NCBI GenBank assembly: GCA_050949045.1 | Contig: JBMNEZ010000001.1 | Coordinates: forward strand, 288,001-352,000 | DNA from: Candidatus Izemoplasmatales bacterium | Lineage (GTDB): Bacteria; Bacillota_I; Bacilli_A; Izemoplasmatales; Hujiaoplasmataceae | Direction: 5' to 3' | DNA length: 64,000 bases | Part shown: positions 8,776 through 19,260 of the stretch, one piece after another | How the letters are laid out: the number at the start of each line of letters is the position of its first letter | How positions within the stretch are numbered: the first letter of the stretch is position 1 | The notes under the pieces: generated by a model | Database searches by the model: none | Told to the model about the DNA's origin: nothing | The model's input: only the letters and a program-made list of their open reading frames with translations | Translations under genes and position numbers: made by a program

Positions 8776-10092
8776 ATGAAACGAATTTATTTTCGTGACT
8801 TACCAAAGTACTATAATCAAACCGTTGAACTACATGGATTCGTCGACAAGATCCGCGATTTGCAATATGTCCAGTTCGTTGTCTTGCGCGATTCCTCGGG
8901 CAAAGTCCAGGTTACCGTCGAGAAGAACGAAAAGTATCGAGAAATCAACGATATTGTTTCCAAATTGACGAAGGAAAGCACAGTGAAAGTAACCGGCATT
9001 CTTTATGAGCGTCCAAGTGTCAAACTCCGGAGAATGGAATTGATTCCGAGTGAGTTCGTAGTGACAAGCGTGGCGGCGGAGGAATTGCCGATCGACATTC
9101 TCGATTATACGAACGAATCTAATAAGGAACTGCGTCTTGACAACCGTTTTCTTGATTTAAGGCTCGATAAAAACTATCTGATCTTCAAAGCCCAGACTGT
9201 CGTGGAAGCGGCAATGCGCGAATACTGGATCGAGCACAATTTCATCGAGATCCACTCGCCCAAGATTTTGGGAACCGCTTCGGAATCGGGAGCGGAAGTC
9301 TTCAAACTCGACTATTTTGGGAAGACTGTCTATTTGGCGCAGTCGCCCCAGTTCTACAAACAGATGGCGATGGGTGCCGGCTTCAACAATGTCTTTGAGA
9401 TCGGACCGGTTTTCAGGGCGGAAAACTCCCACACAGCCTATCACGCTACCGAATTCACCAGTGTTGACTGCGAGATGAGTTGGATTGATTCACACCACGA
9501 TGTGATGGATCTTGAGGAAGCCGTCTGCAAGCACGTTGAGAAGCGGCTTAGGGAAACTCTCGGGACCGAACTGAGGGAAACCTTCAAGATCGTCTTTAAG
9601 GAGGAATTGCCCGCGTTTCCGCGAATTCCCTTCTATGATGCTAAACAAATCATCAAAGATAAATATCATTATATCGGGGAAAAGGAACATGATTTTGATC
9701 GCAAAGAAGAAGAACTGATCGGCCAGTACGCAAGCGAAAAGTTCCATTCTGATTATGTCTTCATTATCGACTATCCGTTTGCGGCGCGTCCCTTCTACCA
9801 TATGCTTGACGATAACGGATTGACAAAGAGTTTTGATCTTCTGTATAAAGGCATTGAGATCACTACCGGCGCACAGCGCGAACACCGGATCGAAATTCTC
9901 AAAAGTCAGGCGCTAGCCAAGGGTCTGTCCCTAGAGGCGATCGGCTTCTATCTTGATTTCTTCCGCTACGGGATTCCCCCTCACGGTGGTTATGGATATG
10001 GCCTCACTCGGTTTCTGATGCGCCTTTTTGATCAAGAGAGCATTCGAGACGTAACCTTCCTCTATCGCGGTCCGAACCGCGTCAAACCCTAA
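8776..10092 (+). CDS. aspS: Aspartyl-tRNA synthetase, short archaeal-like (probably non-discriminating) type
   Basis: OB-fold FVVLRD, YLAQSPQFYKQM, FRAENS, EITTGAQREH, PPHGGYGYG. ~440 aa with no GAD insert. Confidence 0.9.
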   Translation: MKRIYFRDLPKYYNQTVELHGFVDKIRDLQYVQFVVLRDSSGKVQVTVEKNEKYREINDIVSKLTKESTVKVTGILYERPSVKLRRMELIPSEFVVTSVAAEELPIDILDYTNESNKELRLDNRFLDLRLDKNYLIFKAQTVVEAAMREYWIEHNFIEIHSPKILGTASESGAEVFKLDYFGKTVYLAQSPQFYKQMAMGAGFNNVFEIGPVFRAENSHTAYHATEFTSVDCEMSWIDSHHDVMDLEEAVCKHVEKRLRETLGTELRETFKIVFKEELPAFPRIPFYDAKQIIKDKYHYIGEKEHDFDRKEEELIGQYASEKFHSDYVFIIDYPFAARPFYHMLDDNGLTKSFDLLYKGIEITTGAQREHRIEILKSQALAKGLSLEAIGFYLDFFRYGIPPHGGYGYGLTRFLMRLFDQESIRDVTFLYRGPNRVKP

Positions 10093-10099
10093 GGGCAAG

Positions 10100-10123
10100 A
10101 CCGGGCGATCAGCCCGGTTTTTT
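10100..10123 (+). terminator. Intrinsic terminator after aspS
   Basis: accgggc-gatca-gcccggt followed by a T-tract. Confidence 0.85.
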
Positions 10124-10293
10124 GTGCGGAAGTTATATATAGCGAAATCTATGATAGAATATTAATCAAGTCGGGCAATTTGATCACCTCATCGTTTTAA
10201 TTGTCGATGAGAGTTTGCGGGCTGTCATCAAGAGACCGTTTTCGTTTCCCCTTTATCTGGACTAATAATTTTAACTATCAGTAGGAGGTTTCC

Positions 10294-11091
10294 ATGGGTA
10301 ATCTATCTGATATTGCGATCACGATCATCGGTATTGCCATAGTCACGGTGTCGACCTCAGCCGGAGCGACGATGGTGTTCTTTTTAAAAGATCAAATGTC
10401 GCAAAAATTTAAGCGCATCACCCTTGGTTTTGCGTCTGGTGTCATGCTCGCCGCCTCAGTTTGGGGGCTTTTGATTCCGGCGATTGAGGAAGCGGAAAAA
10501 AACGGCATGACCGGTTGGGTTCCAGCCGCAATCGGTTTTGCGGCCGGAGGAGCTTTCTTATTGTTGCTTGACAATCTTTTACCTCACATCCATGTTGGGC
10601 AAGATAAGCCAGAGGGTTTGAAATCATCGATGAAGCGTTCGACCATGTTGGTGCTTGCCGTCACGCTCCACAATATCCCCGAGGGTTTGGCAGTAGGGTT
10701 GGCTTTCGGGTTGGCCATGCAACCTGGTTCGACACTCGGCATCATGTCTGCTTTCGGCCTTGCGCTTGGTATTGCGATCCAGAATTTTCCAGAGGGAGCG
10801 GCGATTGCGTTACCATTGAGATTAGAGAATATGTCAAAAGGCAAGGCGTTTTTCTACGGAACCCTGAGTGGTATCGTCGAACCGATTTTTGCGGTCGTTG
10901 GCTTAATTTTGGCGACTCAGCTCACAGCGATCATGCCCTGGCTTCTGGCTTTCGCCGCTGGAGCGATGATCTATGTTGTTGTCGAAGAACTGATTCCCGA
11001 AGCACAATATGGCGAGCATTCCAATACCGTCACCATTGCCTTGATGCTTGGCTTTGTCATGATGATGATCCTTGACGTGGCCCTTGGGTAA
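10294..11091 (+). CDS. ZIP family (ZupT/GufA) divalent metal transporter
   Basis: LGFASGVMLAAS, LHNIPEGLAVG, IQNFPEG, AAGAMIYVVVEELIPE. Confidence 0.93.
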   Translation: MGNLSDIAITIIGIAIVTVSTSAGATMVFFLKDQMSQKFKRITLGFASGVMLAASVWGLLIPAIEEAEKNGMTGWVPAAIGFAAGGAFLLLLDNLLPHIHVGQDKPEGLKSSMKRSTMLVLAVTLHNIPEGLAVGLAFGLAMQPGSTLGIMSAFGLALGIAIQNFPEGAAIALPLRLENMSKGKAFFYGTLSGIVEPIFAVVGLILATQLTAIMPWLLAFAAGAMIYVVVEELIPEAQYGEHSNTVTIALMLGFVMMMILDVALG

Positions 11092-11095
11092 GCAG

Positions 11096-11794
11096 ATGTT
11101 CACTCCCGAAATCATTTTCGAGGACAACCAGATTCTTGTAAGCCTTAAACCACCGGGCATCCTGTCGCAACCTTCTTCGCTGGAAGTTTCGGATATGCTC
11201 ACTGCCTTGAAAGAATATTTGAAGATTCGCCACGATAAACCTGGCAATGTCTTTCTCGGCCTTGTCCACCGCCTTGATCTCAATGTTGGCGGTGTCATGG
11301 TTTTCGCTAAAACTTCAAAAGCAGCTGCGCGGCTTTCCGCTTCGATCCGCAACAAGGAATTCAAGAAGACTTATCTTGCCGTCGTCGAAGGTGAGCTCAC
11401 GAGCGGATCGAGCGGGGAATTTGTCGATTATCTTAAAAAAGATGTCAATCAGATGAAAGCTTTGGTCACTCAAGACGGTGGCAAATTGGCTTCTCTATCG
11501 TATCGATCCATTATGGTAGGAAACTCCATAGGTAGTGCCTCGACTCTGGTGGAAATCGACTTGCATACTGGTAGATTTCATCAGATCAGATTCCAGTTTG
11601 CCTCGCGTGGTCATCCGGTTCTAAACGACATCAAGTACGGAGCCCGAATGTTGCTTGAAGAGGACATTATCGCGCTTTGGGCATATAAACTTGCTTTCGT
11701 TCACCCAGTATCAAAAGACTGGCTGACATTTCAAGCCGATCCAAAGAATCCTCTGTTCGCCGCTTTCTCCGGCGCGATCAAACAAATAAAATAA
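11096..11794 (+). CDS. RluA-family RNA pseudouridine synthase
   Basis: KPPG, VHRLD, TGRFHQIR, GHPVLNDIKYG. Confidence 0.92.
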   Translation: MFTPEIIFEDNQILVSLKPPGILSQPSSLEVSDMLTALKEYLKIRHDKPGNVFLGLVHRLDLNVGGVMVFAKTSKAAARLSASIRNKEFKKTYLAVVEGELTSGSSGEFVDYLKKDVNQMKALVTQDGGKLASLSYRSIMVGNSIGSASTLVEIDLHTGRFHQIRFQFASRGHPVLNDIKYGARMLLEEDIIALWAYKLAFVHPVSKDWLTFQADPKNPLFAAFSGAIKQIK

Positions 11795-11808
11795 AGAGGT
11801 AGATATCG

Positions 11809-12813
11809 ATGATTACAATCAATACCCTAAAGGACGGGATCAGGGAAATTACTGTAAAACGCCCAAACAACGAGATTTTCACATTCATTAGCCTTGGAGC
11901 GACCTGGGTCCGTTGGCAAACCGAAGAGGGCAGGGACATCATCGCCAGGTATCAAGATTACGAAGATTATAAGATTCCTGGTTTGTATCTTGGAAGTACA
12001 GTCGGCCCATTGGCGGGCAGAATCGCAAATGGTCGGTTTTCGCTTGGAGGAAAAGAATATGTATTCACCAATGGTGAGCCCTTGCTTCATAGCGGGGCCT
12101 TTGGTTTTTCCTTTCAAGACTTCGAGATCGACCACATTCACAATCATCCCCATGAGACTGTCGTCTGTTTTAAACTGCGATTTGAAAAGAAAGAGTATCC
12201 GGGGATCATCGACCTGAAAGTCAGCTATCGGATGAAACCGAACGAAGTCAAGATTCTCTATCAAGCCTCTTCGAGTTCAGACAGTGCTCTCAATATCACC
12301 AACCATGCCTATTTTAACCTTTCGGGAGATTATTCGCGACCGCTCGATGACCATGAGCTGATGTTGAACGCCAACAAGGTCGTGATGCCCGATCACGAAA
12401 TGATTGGGAAAAAGATCGCCGATGTCAAAGGAACTGCTCTTGATTTCACCAAGCTGCGAAAACTGAGCGATGCTTACAATGACGAAGGCTTGCGTGCCTC
12501 GGTAACGAAGGGAATCGATCACTTTTTTATTCTTGATAAGGATCGTCCTTTCGCACTTGAACTCAGGTCGAACCTAGCCAAAAGCCGGCTGATGATTGAG
12601 ACATCGTATCCCGGAGTGGTCTTGTATTCGACCAACGATCAAAGGGATCGGCCGATCCAATCGGGGAAACTGATTCCGATCCACGGTGCGCTCGCAATCG
12701 AAGCGCAATTCATGAGCAACGCAGTCAACGACCGACGTTTTGACAATATCATCCTCAAAAAGGGTGAACTATACGAACACCATATCACTTACAAGTTGGA
12801 GGCGATTAGATGA
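11809..12813 (+). CDS. galM: Aldose 1-epimerase (galactose mutarotase)
   Basis: GSTVGPLAGRIANG, LHSG, NITNHAYFNL. Confidence 0.9.
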   Translation: MITINTLKDGIREITVKRPNNEIFTFISLGATWVRWQTEEGRDIIARYQDYEDYKIPGLYLGSTVGPLAGRIANGRFSLGGKEYVFTNGEPLLHSGAFGFSFQDFEIDHIHNHPHETVVCFKLRFEKKEYPGIIDLKVSYRMKPNEVKILYQASSSSDSALNITNHAYFNLSGDYSRPLDDHELMLNANKVVMPDHEMIGKKIADVKGTALDFTKLRKLSDAYNDEGLRASVTKGIDHFFILDKDRPFALELRSNLAKSRLMIETSYPGVVLYSTNDQRDRPIQSGKLIPIHGALAIEAQFMSNAVNDRRFDNIILKKGELYEHHITYKLEAIR

Positions 12814-13796
12814 ATATCCTTGTTCTTGGAGGGGCTGGCTATATCGGCAGCCATTTTGTCAAGAACGCGATCAAACATGGACATAAGGTGATCGTCGCCG
12901 ACAACCTGCAACAGGGACACCGCAAGGCGGTCGATCCTCAGGCGCGTTTTTATATAGTCGATATCAGAGATAAAGATGGTCTAGAACAGATTTTTGCCAA
13001 TCATCATATCGATGCTTGCGCCCATTTCGCCGCCAACTCACTCGTCGGTGAGTCGATGCAAAAGCCATTAGTATATTTTGACAACAATGTCACCGGCACC
13101 ATCAACTTGCTGGAAGCGATGGAAAAGCACCAGGTCAAACGGATCGTCTTCTCATCAAGCGCCGCGGTTTATGGGACTCACGAGCGGATGCCGCTTGTGG
13201 AAACAGACAATACCAATCCGGAAAATCCTTACGGTGAATCCAAACTGATGATGGAGAAAATCATGGCTTGGGCAGACAAAATCCATGGGATCCGCTATGC
13301 GAGCCTTCGTTATTTCAACGTTGCCGGCGCCTCTTTGGACGCGTCAATCGGTGAAGACCATCGCCCAGAGACCCATCTGATTCCAATTATCTTGCAGGTT
13401 GCGCTTGGAAAAAGGGAACGATTGGTGATTTTTGGCAACGACTATCCGACTCCTGACGGGACCTGTATCCGTGACTACATCCACATTGAAGACTTGATCG
13501 AAGCCCATTTGTTGGCTCTTGAATTCATTGATAAACACGATCGTTCCGAAATCTTCAATCTTGGCAATGAGGATGGCTACTCCAATCTCAATGTCGTCGA
13601 AACTGCACAAAAGATCACGGGGCTTGCGATTCCTTTTACATTCTGCGATCGAAGGCCTGGTGATCCTCCCAAACTGATCGCCTCCAGCCAAAAAGCCATC
13701 ACGCTTCTGGGTTGGCAGAGGCAATACGGCATCGAGGACATCATCGCCTCGGCTTGGAGATTCCATAAAACTCATCCCGACGGATACAAGGAGTGA
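12810..13796 (+). CDS. galE: UDP-glucose 4-epimerase
   Basis: GGAGYIGSH, YGESK, LRYFNVAGA, DGTCIRDYIH. Confidence 0.96.
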   Translation: MNILVLGGAGYIGSHFVKNAIKHGHKVIVADNLQQGHRKAVDPQARFYIVDIRDKDGLEQIFANHHIDACAHFAANSLVGESMQKPLVYFDNNVTGTINLLEAMEKHQVKRIVFSSSAAVYGTHERMPLVETDNTNPENPYGESKLMMEKIMAWADKIHGIRYASLRYFNVAGASLDASIGEDHRPETHLIPIILQVALGKRERLVIFGNDYPTPDGTCIRDYIHIEDLIEAHLLALEFIDKHDRSEIFNLGNEDGYSNLNVVETAQKITGLAIPFTFCDRRPGDPPKLIASSQKAITLLGWQRQYGIEDIIASAWRFHKTHPDGYKE

Positions 13797-13801
13797 GGCT
13801 G

Positions 13802-15277
13802 ATGAACAGACTGATCAATGAGTTGATTGCGTATGCGTTCAAAAAGCGGTTGATTAATGAGAGCGACCGTGAATATGTCCAGAATGCTCTCATTTATCTC
13901 TTGCGGCTTGACCATTTTGAGACAGAAGCGGTCGACTTGGAAACAGTGGATTTCTTTGTGATTATGAAACAGATCCTGGACGCTGCCGTCAAAGAGGGAA
14001 TCATTGAGGATTCGCTCACCTCAAGAGACAACTTAGAGGCAAAACTGATGGATGTGTTTTTACCAAAGCCCTCCGAACTCGATCAGAGATTCTACTCGCT
14101 TTACAAGAAGACGCCGAAAGCTGCGACCGACTTTTTTTTCAAATTGTCTCAAGACACCAACTATATCAAAACTAAGAGAATCGCCAAAAACATCTCTTTC
14201 GTCTATCGTGGCAAATATGGCCTCTTGCAGCTGACAATCAACCTTTCAAAACCGGAAAAAGATCCGCAGGCGATCGCCGAAAGCAGAGGTAAAGAAGAAA
14301 AAGACTATCCAAAATGTGCCCTTTGTATGGAGAATGTCGGATTTTACGGCACTGAAACATTCGCTCCTAGGAGTAACCACCGCGTCATCAGTTTGACCTT
14401 GAATCATGAAAAGGATGCCTGGGGGTTCCAGTATTCTCCCTATCAATACTTCAACGAACATTCGATTGTGCTCAAAAAGCAGCACATCCCGATGCGGGTC
14501 GACCATCAAACTTTTGATGAACTGGTCGACTTCGTCGACAAATTTCCCCACTATCTAATGGGATCCAACGCCGGATTGCCCATTGTCGGCGGCTCGATTT
14601 TATCGCACTACCATTTTCAAGGTGGGCGTCATGAGTTCCCGATCGAAAAAGCACGCGTTCTCAAATGTTATCAAAGAGGACAAATCAAAGTGGAAGCCCT
14701 AGATTGGCCAGTTTCGACGATCAGAGTTTCGGGCAAAAATAAAAACGCTGTTCTTAGTATGGTGAAACAGGTATTTGACAAATGGCTGTCATATGACAAC
14801 CCTGAACTAGATATCATTCACAAGACAACCGAGCATCACAACGCGATGACGCCCATTTTAAAACTGGATGGCGCCGACTACAATTTTTATCTCGTGCTGC
14901 GGAACAATCGCTCCACAATCAAGCGCCCGTTCGGCTTGTTTCATCCGCGGGAAGAGCTCTTTCATATCAAAAAGGAAAACATCGGCCTGATTGAGGTCAT
15001 GGGGCTGGCGATCCTTCCGGGAAGGCTGAAACAAGAACTCGATCTGATCAAACGCTGTTTTAGTGAAGACGCTGACCCGAAGGCGATGCTAGAACTTGAA
15101 AAACATCTTTCCTGGATCGACGATATCAGCCAAGGAGCCATGGAAGCTCGGGATATCGACAGATATCTCGAAATTGAGGTCGGCAAGGTCTTCGAAGCGG
15201 TCCTTGAAGATTGCGGCGTCTTCAAAACCAAGGACAAGGAAGCATTTCTCAGCTTTGTCGAAACTGCGATCAACTAA
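13802..15277 (+). CDS. galT: Galactose-1-phosphate uridylyltransferase (type II, Gram-positive)
   Basis: TINLSKPEKDP, YPKCALCMENVG, GSNAGLPIVGGSILSHYHFQGG, HIKKENIGLIEVMG. Confidence 0.95.
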   Translation: MNRLINELIAYAFKKRLINESDREYVQNALIYLLRLDHFETEAVDLETVDFFVIMKQILDAAVKEGIIEDSLTSRDNLEAKLMDVFLPKPSELDQRFYSLYKKTPKAATDFFFKLSQDTNYIKTKRIAKNISFVYRGKYGLLQLTINLSKPEKDPQAIAESRGKEEKDYPKCALCMENVGFYGTETFAPRSNHRVISLTLNHEKDAWGFQYSPYQYFNEHSIVLKKQHIPMRVDHQTFDELVDFVDKFPHYLMGSNAGLPIVGGSILSHYHFQGGRHEFPIEKARVLKCYQRGQIKVEALDWPVSTIRVSGKNKNAVLSMVKQVFDKWLSYDNPELDIIHKTTEHHNAMTPILKLDGADYNFYLVLRNNRSTIKRPFGLFHPREELFHIKKENIGLIEVMGLAILPGRLKQELDLIKRCFSEDADPKAMLELEKHLSWIDDISQGAMEARDIDRYLEIEVGKVFEAVLEDCGVFKTKDKEAFLSFVETAIN

Positions 15278-15339
15278 AAAAAGGCAGATAAACCAAGCGG
15301 TCCGTGATATAATGAAATAACGACAACGAGGTGATGATT

Positions 15340-16776
15340 ATGGCCAACGACAAATTGGTCAAAGAGATTACAGCGAGAGACGTCGATTTTGCCAAATGGT
15401 ATACCGATGTTTGTAAAAAAGCCGAGCTAATGGACTATTCCGATGCGAAAGGATTTATCATCTACCTGCCGTACGGCTATAACATTTGGGAACACATCCA
15501 GGCGTTTCTGAATGGTCTTTTGAAGAAGACCGGTCATGAAAACGTCTATTTTCCACTTGTGATCCCCGAATCATTATTTCAGAAAGAAGCCGATCATGTC
15601 AAGGGCTTCGCCCCTGAGACGGCGATCATCACCACCGGTGGCAAGGAAGAACTGACGGAACGGCTGATTGTCAGACCAACTTCGGAAGTTCTGTTCTGCG
15701 ATCATTACGCCAAGGCCGTCTCCTCATATCGGGATCTGCCAAAGAAGTATAACCAATGGTGCAATGTCGTCAGATGGGAAAAAACCACCAGACCGTTTCT
15801 GCGTGGCTCAGAGTTTCTTTGGCAGGAAGGCCATACTATCCATGCGACTGAAGCAGAAGCCCGCAAGGAGACCCTCGACATTCTCCATATGTATAATCAA
15901 ATTGGAACCGATCTGTTGGCGATCCCCTTTGCCCTCGGAAAGAAGACTGACAAAGAAAAGTTTGCCGGCGCTGAGGAGACTTATGCCATCGAAGCCTTGA
16001 TGCATGATAACAAAGCTCTCCAGAGCGGGACAACGCATTATTTTGGCACCGGTTTTGCCAAAGCTTTTAACATCCAGTTTCAGGATAAGGACAAAACCTT
16101 GAAGTATGTTCATCAGACTTCATGGGGTGTCTCTACCCGTTTGATCGGTGCGATTATCATGGTCCATGGCGACGACAACGGTTTGGTTTTACCGCCATAT
16201 GTCGCTCCGATCCAAGTCATGATCGTCCCGATCCAGCAAAGCAAGCCGGGAGTTATGAAAGCGGCTTTGAAACTCAAGGAAGAATTGGATAAAAGCGGTT
16301 ATCGCGTTCAAATTGATGACTCCGACAAATCACCGGGCTGGAAATTCGCCGATTCGGAGATGAAGGGCATTCCTGTTCGGATCGAGATTGGGCCTCGTGA
16401 TCTTGAAATGAATCAGTGCCTTATGGTGCTCAGGCATAACGGCGAAAGGACTAATGTGGATTTGGCTGAAGTTGTCCAGAAAATGCCGGATCTTCTTGCG
16501 GATATCCACAAGGCAATGTTTGAGAAAGCCAAAAAACAGATGCTGGATAACACCCACGCTGTCAAAGATTATGAAACCTTCAAGCGTTTGATGGCAAAAA
16601 ACGCAGGTTATGTCAAGATGATGTGGTGTGGTGAAGATGCTTGCGAAACGAGAATCAAAGAGGAGACGACCGCCACGGCGAGGTGTATTCCCTTTGAGCA
16701 AGAGCATCTTGGCGACATCTGCCCTGTTTGTGGCAAAAAAGCGAAACACATGGTTCTCTTCGCCAAAGCCTATTGA
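15340..16776 (+). CDS. proS: Prolyl-tRNA synthetase, archaeal/eukaryote-like type
   Basis: RPTSE, QWCNVVRWE, EFLWQEGHT, SWGVSTR, C-terminal Zn motif, LFAKAY end. Confidence 0.96.
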   Translation: MANDKLVKEITARDVDFAKWYTDVCKKAELMDYSDAKGFIIYLPYGYNIWEHIQAFLNGLLKKTGHENVYFPLVIPESLFQKEADHVKGFAPETAIITTGGKEELTERLIVRPTSEVLFCDHYAKAVSSYRDLPKKYNQWCNVVRWEKTTRPFLRGSEFLWQEGHTIHATEAEARKETLDILHMYNQIGTDLLAIPFALGKKTDKEKFAGAEETYAIEALMHDNKALQSGTTHYFGTGFAKAFNIQFQDKDKTLKYVHQTSWGVSTRLIGAIIMVHGDDNGLVLPPYVAPIQVMIVPIQQSKPGVMKAALKLKEELDKSGYRVQIDDSDKSPGWKFADSEMKGIPVRIEIGPRDLEMNQCLMVLRHNGERTNVDLAEVVQKMPDLLADIHKAMFEKAKKQMLDNTHAVKDYETFKRLMAKNAGYVKMMWCGEDACETRIKEETTATARCIPFEQEHLGDICPVCGKKAKHMVLFAKAY

Positions 16777-16851
16777 GCCAAAACGTTTTTCTATTATTCA
16801 ACCAATTCAATGGAACAATGTTTCTTCCGATATAATGACTTTGGCCATAAT

Positions 16852-16885
16852 AAAAAGCACTTGAAATGTCATCCAAGTGCTTTTA
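16852..16885. terminator. Bidirectional terminator between convergent proS and fumarase
   Basis: aaaaagcacttg..caagtgctttt. Confidence 0.8.
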
Positions 16886-17407
16886 TCGGTTAAAGATGTC
16901 GCCGCCGTGGGCATCATAGGCGACGATGGTCGGAAAATCTTCAACCTCAAGTTTATAGATTGCTTCGCTTTGCAGTTCGGGGAAAGCAACCATTGTGGCC
17001 TTTTTCACACGTTTTGACATCAAGGCGCCGATACCTCCGACACCTATCAAATAAACAGCTTGTTCTTTGATGAGTTCTTGTTTGAAGGCTGCGCTTCGGT
17101 CGCCTTTGCCGATCATGATCTTCAAGCCTTTTGACATCAAGATTTTACTGAAGGGATCCATCCGGTAACTTGAGGTCGGTCCGCACGCGCCGATGGGTTG
17201 GCCTGGCTTTGCCGGAGTTGGGCCCACATAATAAATGATTTGGCCAACGAAAGGGATCGGCAGTTCTTGGTTATCCTGAATGGCTTCAACAAGCAGTCTG
17301 TGAACTTGGTCTCTGCCGATGTAGACAATACCGCTGATCAAAACTTCATCGCCAACACGTAGGCTGAGTCTGGTTTCATCGTTAACCGGTGTTATCAACT
17401 TGATCAT
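16883..17407 (-). CDS. Fe-S fumarate/tartrate hydratase, beta subunit
   Basis: YYVGPTPAKPG..GPTSSYRMD, MIGKG, DAHGG. ATG 17407 overlaps the alpha-subunit stop. Confidence 0.92.
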   Translation of the reverse strand: MIKLITPVNDETRLSLRVGDEVLISGIVYIGRDQVHRLLVEAIQDNQELPIPFVGQIIYYVGPTPAKPGQPIGACGPTSSYRMDPFSKILMSKGLKIMIGKGDRSAAFKQELIKEQAVYLIGVGGIGALMSKRVKKATMVAFPELQSEAIYKLEVEDFPTIVAYDAHGGDIFNR

Positions 17408-18258
17408 CGGGACACCCCCTTTAGGCTGGCGTGAGCCTTCCTGGCGGAATGGCACTGCAGGTTGACTGCGACCGGAAGACTGGCCATGTGGCAAGCAAAA
17501 GAATTGACCTTGACTGCGAGGCAAGTTGTCTTGCCTCCCAGACCCATTGGCCCGATCCCAAGGGCATTGATCTCGCTGAAGAGTTCTGTTTCCAGTTTTC
17601 TGTCGAAGGGATTGACCGCTTGGTCTTCGAGCGACCTGAAGAGCGCTTCTTTGGCGAGGATCGCGGCCTTTTCAAAGTTGCCGCCGATGCCGACGCCGAC
17701 GATGAGAGGCGGACATGGCTTACCGCCGCCGAGTCTGATTGTTTCTAAAACAAAGTCCTTGATTCCTTGGACTCCGTCTCCAGGTATCAGCATCTTCAGC
17801 CTGCTAATGTTTTCACTGCCGCCGCCCTTCGGGGCGAAATGGATCCGAAGTTCATCGCCCTCAACCAGTTTGATATGGATGATCGCAGGTGTGTTGTCGT
17901 GTGTATTCTTGCGTTCAATCGGATGGTTCACGATCGATTTTCTCAGATAGCCGTCCCGATATCCCTGCCTGACGCCTTCATTCACTGCCTCTTCGAGATT
18001 GAAATCAAATCGGAGTTGGTAGCCGACTTCGAGAAAAAAAACGGCGATGCCGGTGTCTTGACACAAGGGAATATGCTCTTTGCGTGCAAGATCTTGGTTT
18101 TCAAGGATTTGGCCGAGAATGTTTTTGGACAAGTTTTCGGTTTCGCTCGCAAATGCATTTTTCAGATACTGACAGACACTCTTCTCCAAATTGACCGCCG
18201 AATCCATCACCATTTCGCGGACTTTTGCGATTATTGTCTCTTTTTCGACATACTTCAT
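17404..18258 (-). CDS. Fe-S fumarate/tartrate hydratase, alpha subunit
   Basis: PLCQDTG, KGGGSEN, PCPP, GIGPMGLGG, CHMASLPVAVNLQCHS. Confidence 0.93.
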   Translation of the reverse strand: MKYVEKETIIAKVREMVMDSAVNLEKSVCQYLKNAFASETENLSKNILGQILENQDLARKEHIPLCQDTGIAVFFLEVGYQLRFDFNLEEAVNEGVRQGYRDGYLRKSIVNHPIERKNTHDNTPAIIHIKLVEGDELRIHFAPKGGGSENISRLKMLIPGDGVQGIKDFVLETIRLGGGKPCPPLIVGVGIGGNFEKAAILAKEALFRSLEDQAVNPFDRKLETELFSEINALGIGPMGLGGKTTCLAVKVNSFACHMASLPVAVNLQCHSARKAHASLKGVSR

Positions 18259-18386
18259 CCCCAACACCTCAAATTAATTATATCACAGTTTGTTTTGCCA
18301 ATATAGCGATTTTAGTCTTCAATTAAGTGCTGATTTCTTTACACTTGTTCATTCTTCTAGTATAATTCCTATAGGATGGTGGTTCA

Positions 18387-19235
18387 ATGCACAAAATCAA
18401 ATTGGTGACCGACAGCACAAGTGACTTGTCACCTGAACTAATCAAGAAGCACGATATCGAAGTTGTCCCTCTCCATGTGTTGTTTAAGGACAGGCAATAC
18501 CGCGACAATGTTGACCTTAATACTAGTGAAATGTACGAGCTTATCAAACAAAAGAATCAAATTCCGACAACGGCAGCGGTATCCGTCGGCGAATTCACCG
18601 AGGTGTTCCGAAAATATCTTGACCAAGGCTATGAGATTATCTTTATTGGGATTGGCAAGAATTTTTCCGCAACCTATCAAAGCGCATATGCGGCGAAATC
18701 GGAGCTCGAGTCTGATTCGATTTATCTGGTCGAATCGGGCAACCTTTCTTCCGGAACGGGTTTGTTAGTTCTTAAAGCGGCCAAATTTCGGGATGAAGGT
18801 CTGAGCGCTCCACAAATCAAGAAGAAACTCGATGAACTGGTTCCTAAGGTCAGAACCCAATTTGTTCTTGACACGCTTGAGTACCTTTACAAAGGCGGAC
18901 GACTGAACGCGCTCTCGAAACTTTTTGGAACGATGCTGAAGATCAAACCGATCATCAAAGTCCGCGACGGTTCGATGGCGGTCGGAAAAAAGGGCAGAGG
19001 AAACATCAGGGCAGGCATAGATATCATGTTAAATGAGGCATTATTTGAAAAGGACGCGATTGACGAGGATTTCTTGATGGTCACTCATTCGCTCACCTAC
19101 GAGAATGCGGAATACATCAAAAAAAGACTGAAAGCGGAACTAAAGGTCAAAAATATCTATGAAACCAATGCCGGTTGTGTCATTTCCAGCCATTGTGGAA
19201 AGGGCACGATCGGAATCCTCTACATTGTCAAATAA
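18387..19235 (+). CDS. DegV family fatty-acid-binding protein
   Basis: VTDSTSDL, PTTAA, LEYLYKGGR, ISSHCG. Confidence 0.92.
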   Translation: MHKIKLVTDSTSDLSPELIKKHDIEVVPLHVLFKDRQYRDNVDLNTSEMYELIKQKNQIPTTAAVSVGEFTEVFRKYLDQGYEIIFIGIGKNFSATYQSAYAAKSELESDSIYLVESGNLSSGTGLLVLKAAKFRDEGLSAPQIKKKLDELVPKVRTQFVLDTLEYLYKGGRLNALSKLFGTMLKIKPIIKVRDGSMAVGKKGRGNIRAGIDIMLNEALFEKDAIDEDFLMVTHSLTYENAEYIKKRLKAELKVKNIYETNAGCVISSHCGKGTIGILYIVK

Positions 19236-19260
19236 GACTTGCTTCGGCAAGTTTTATTTT

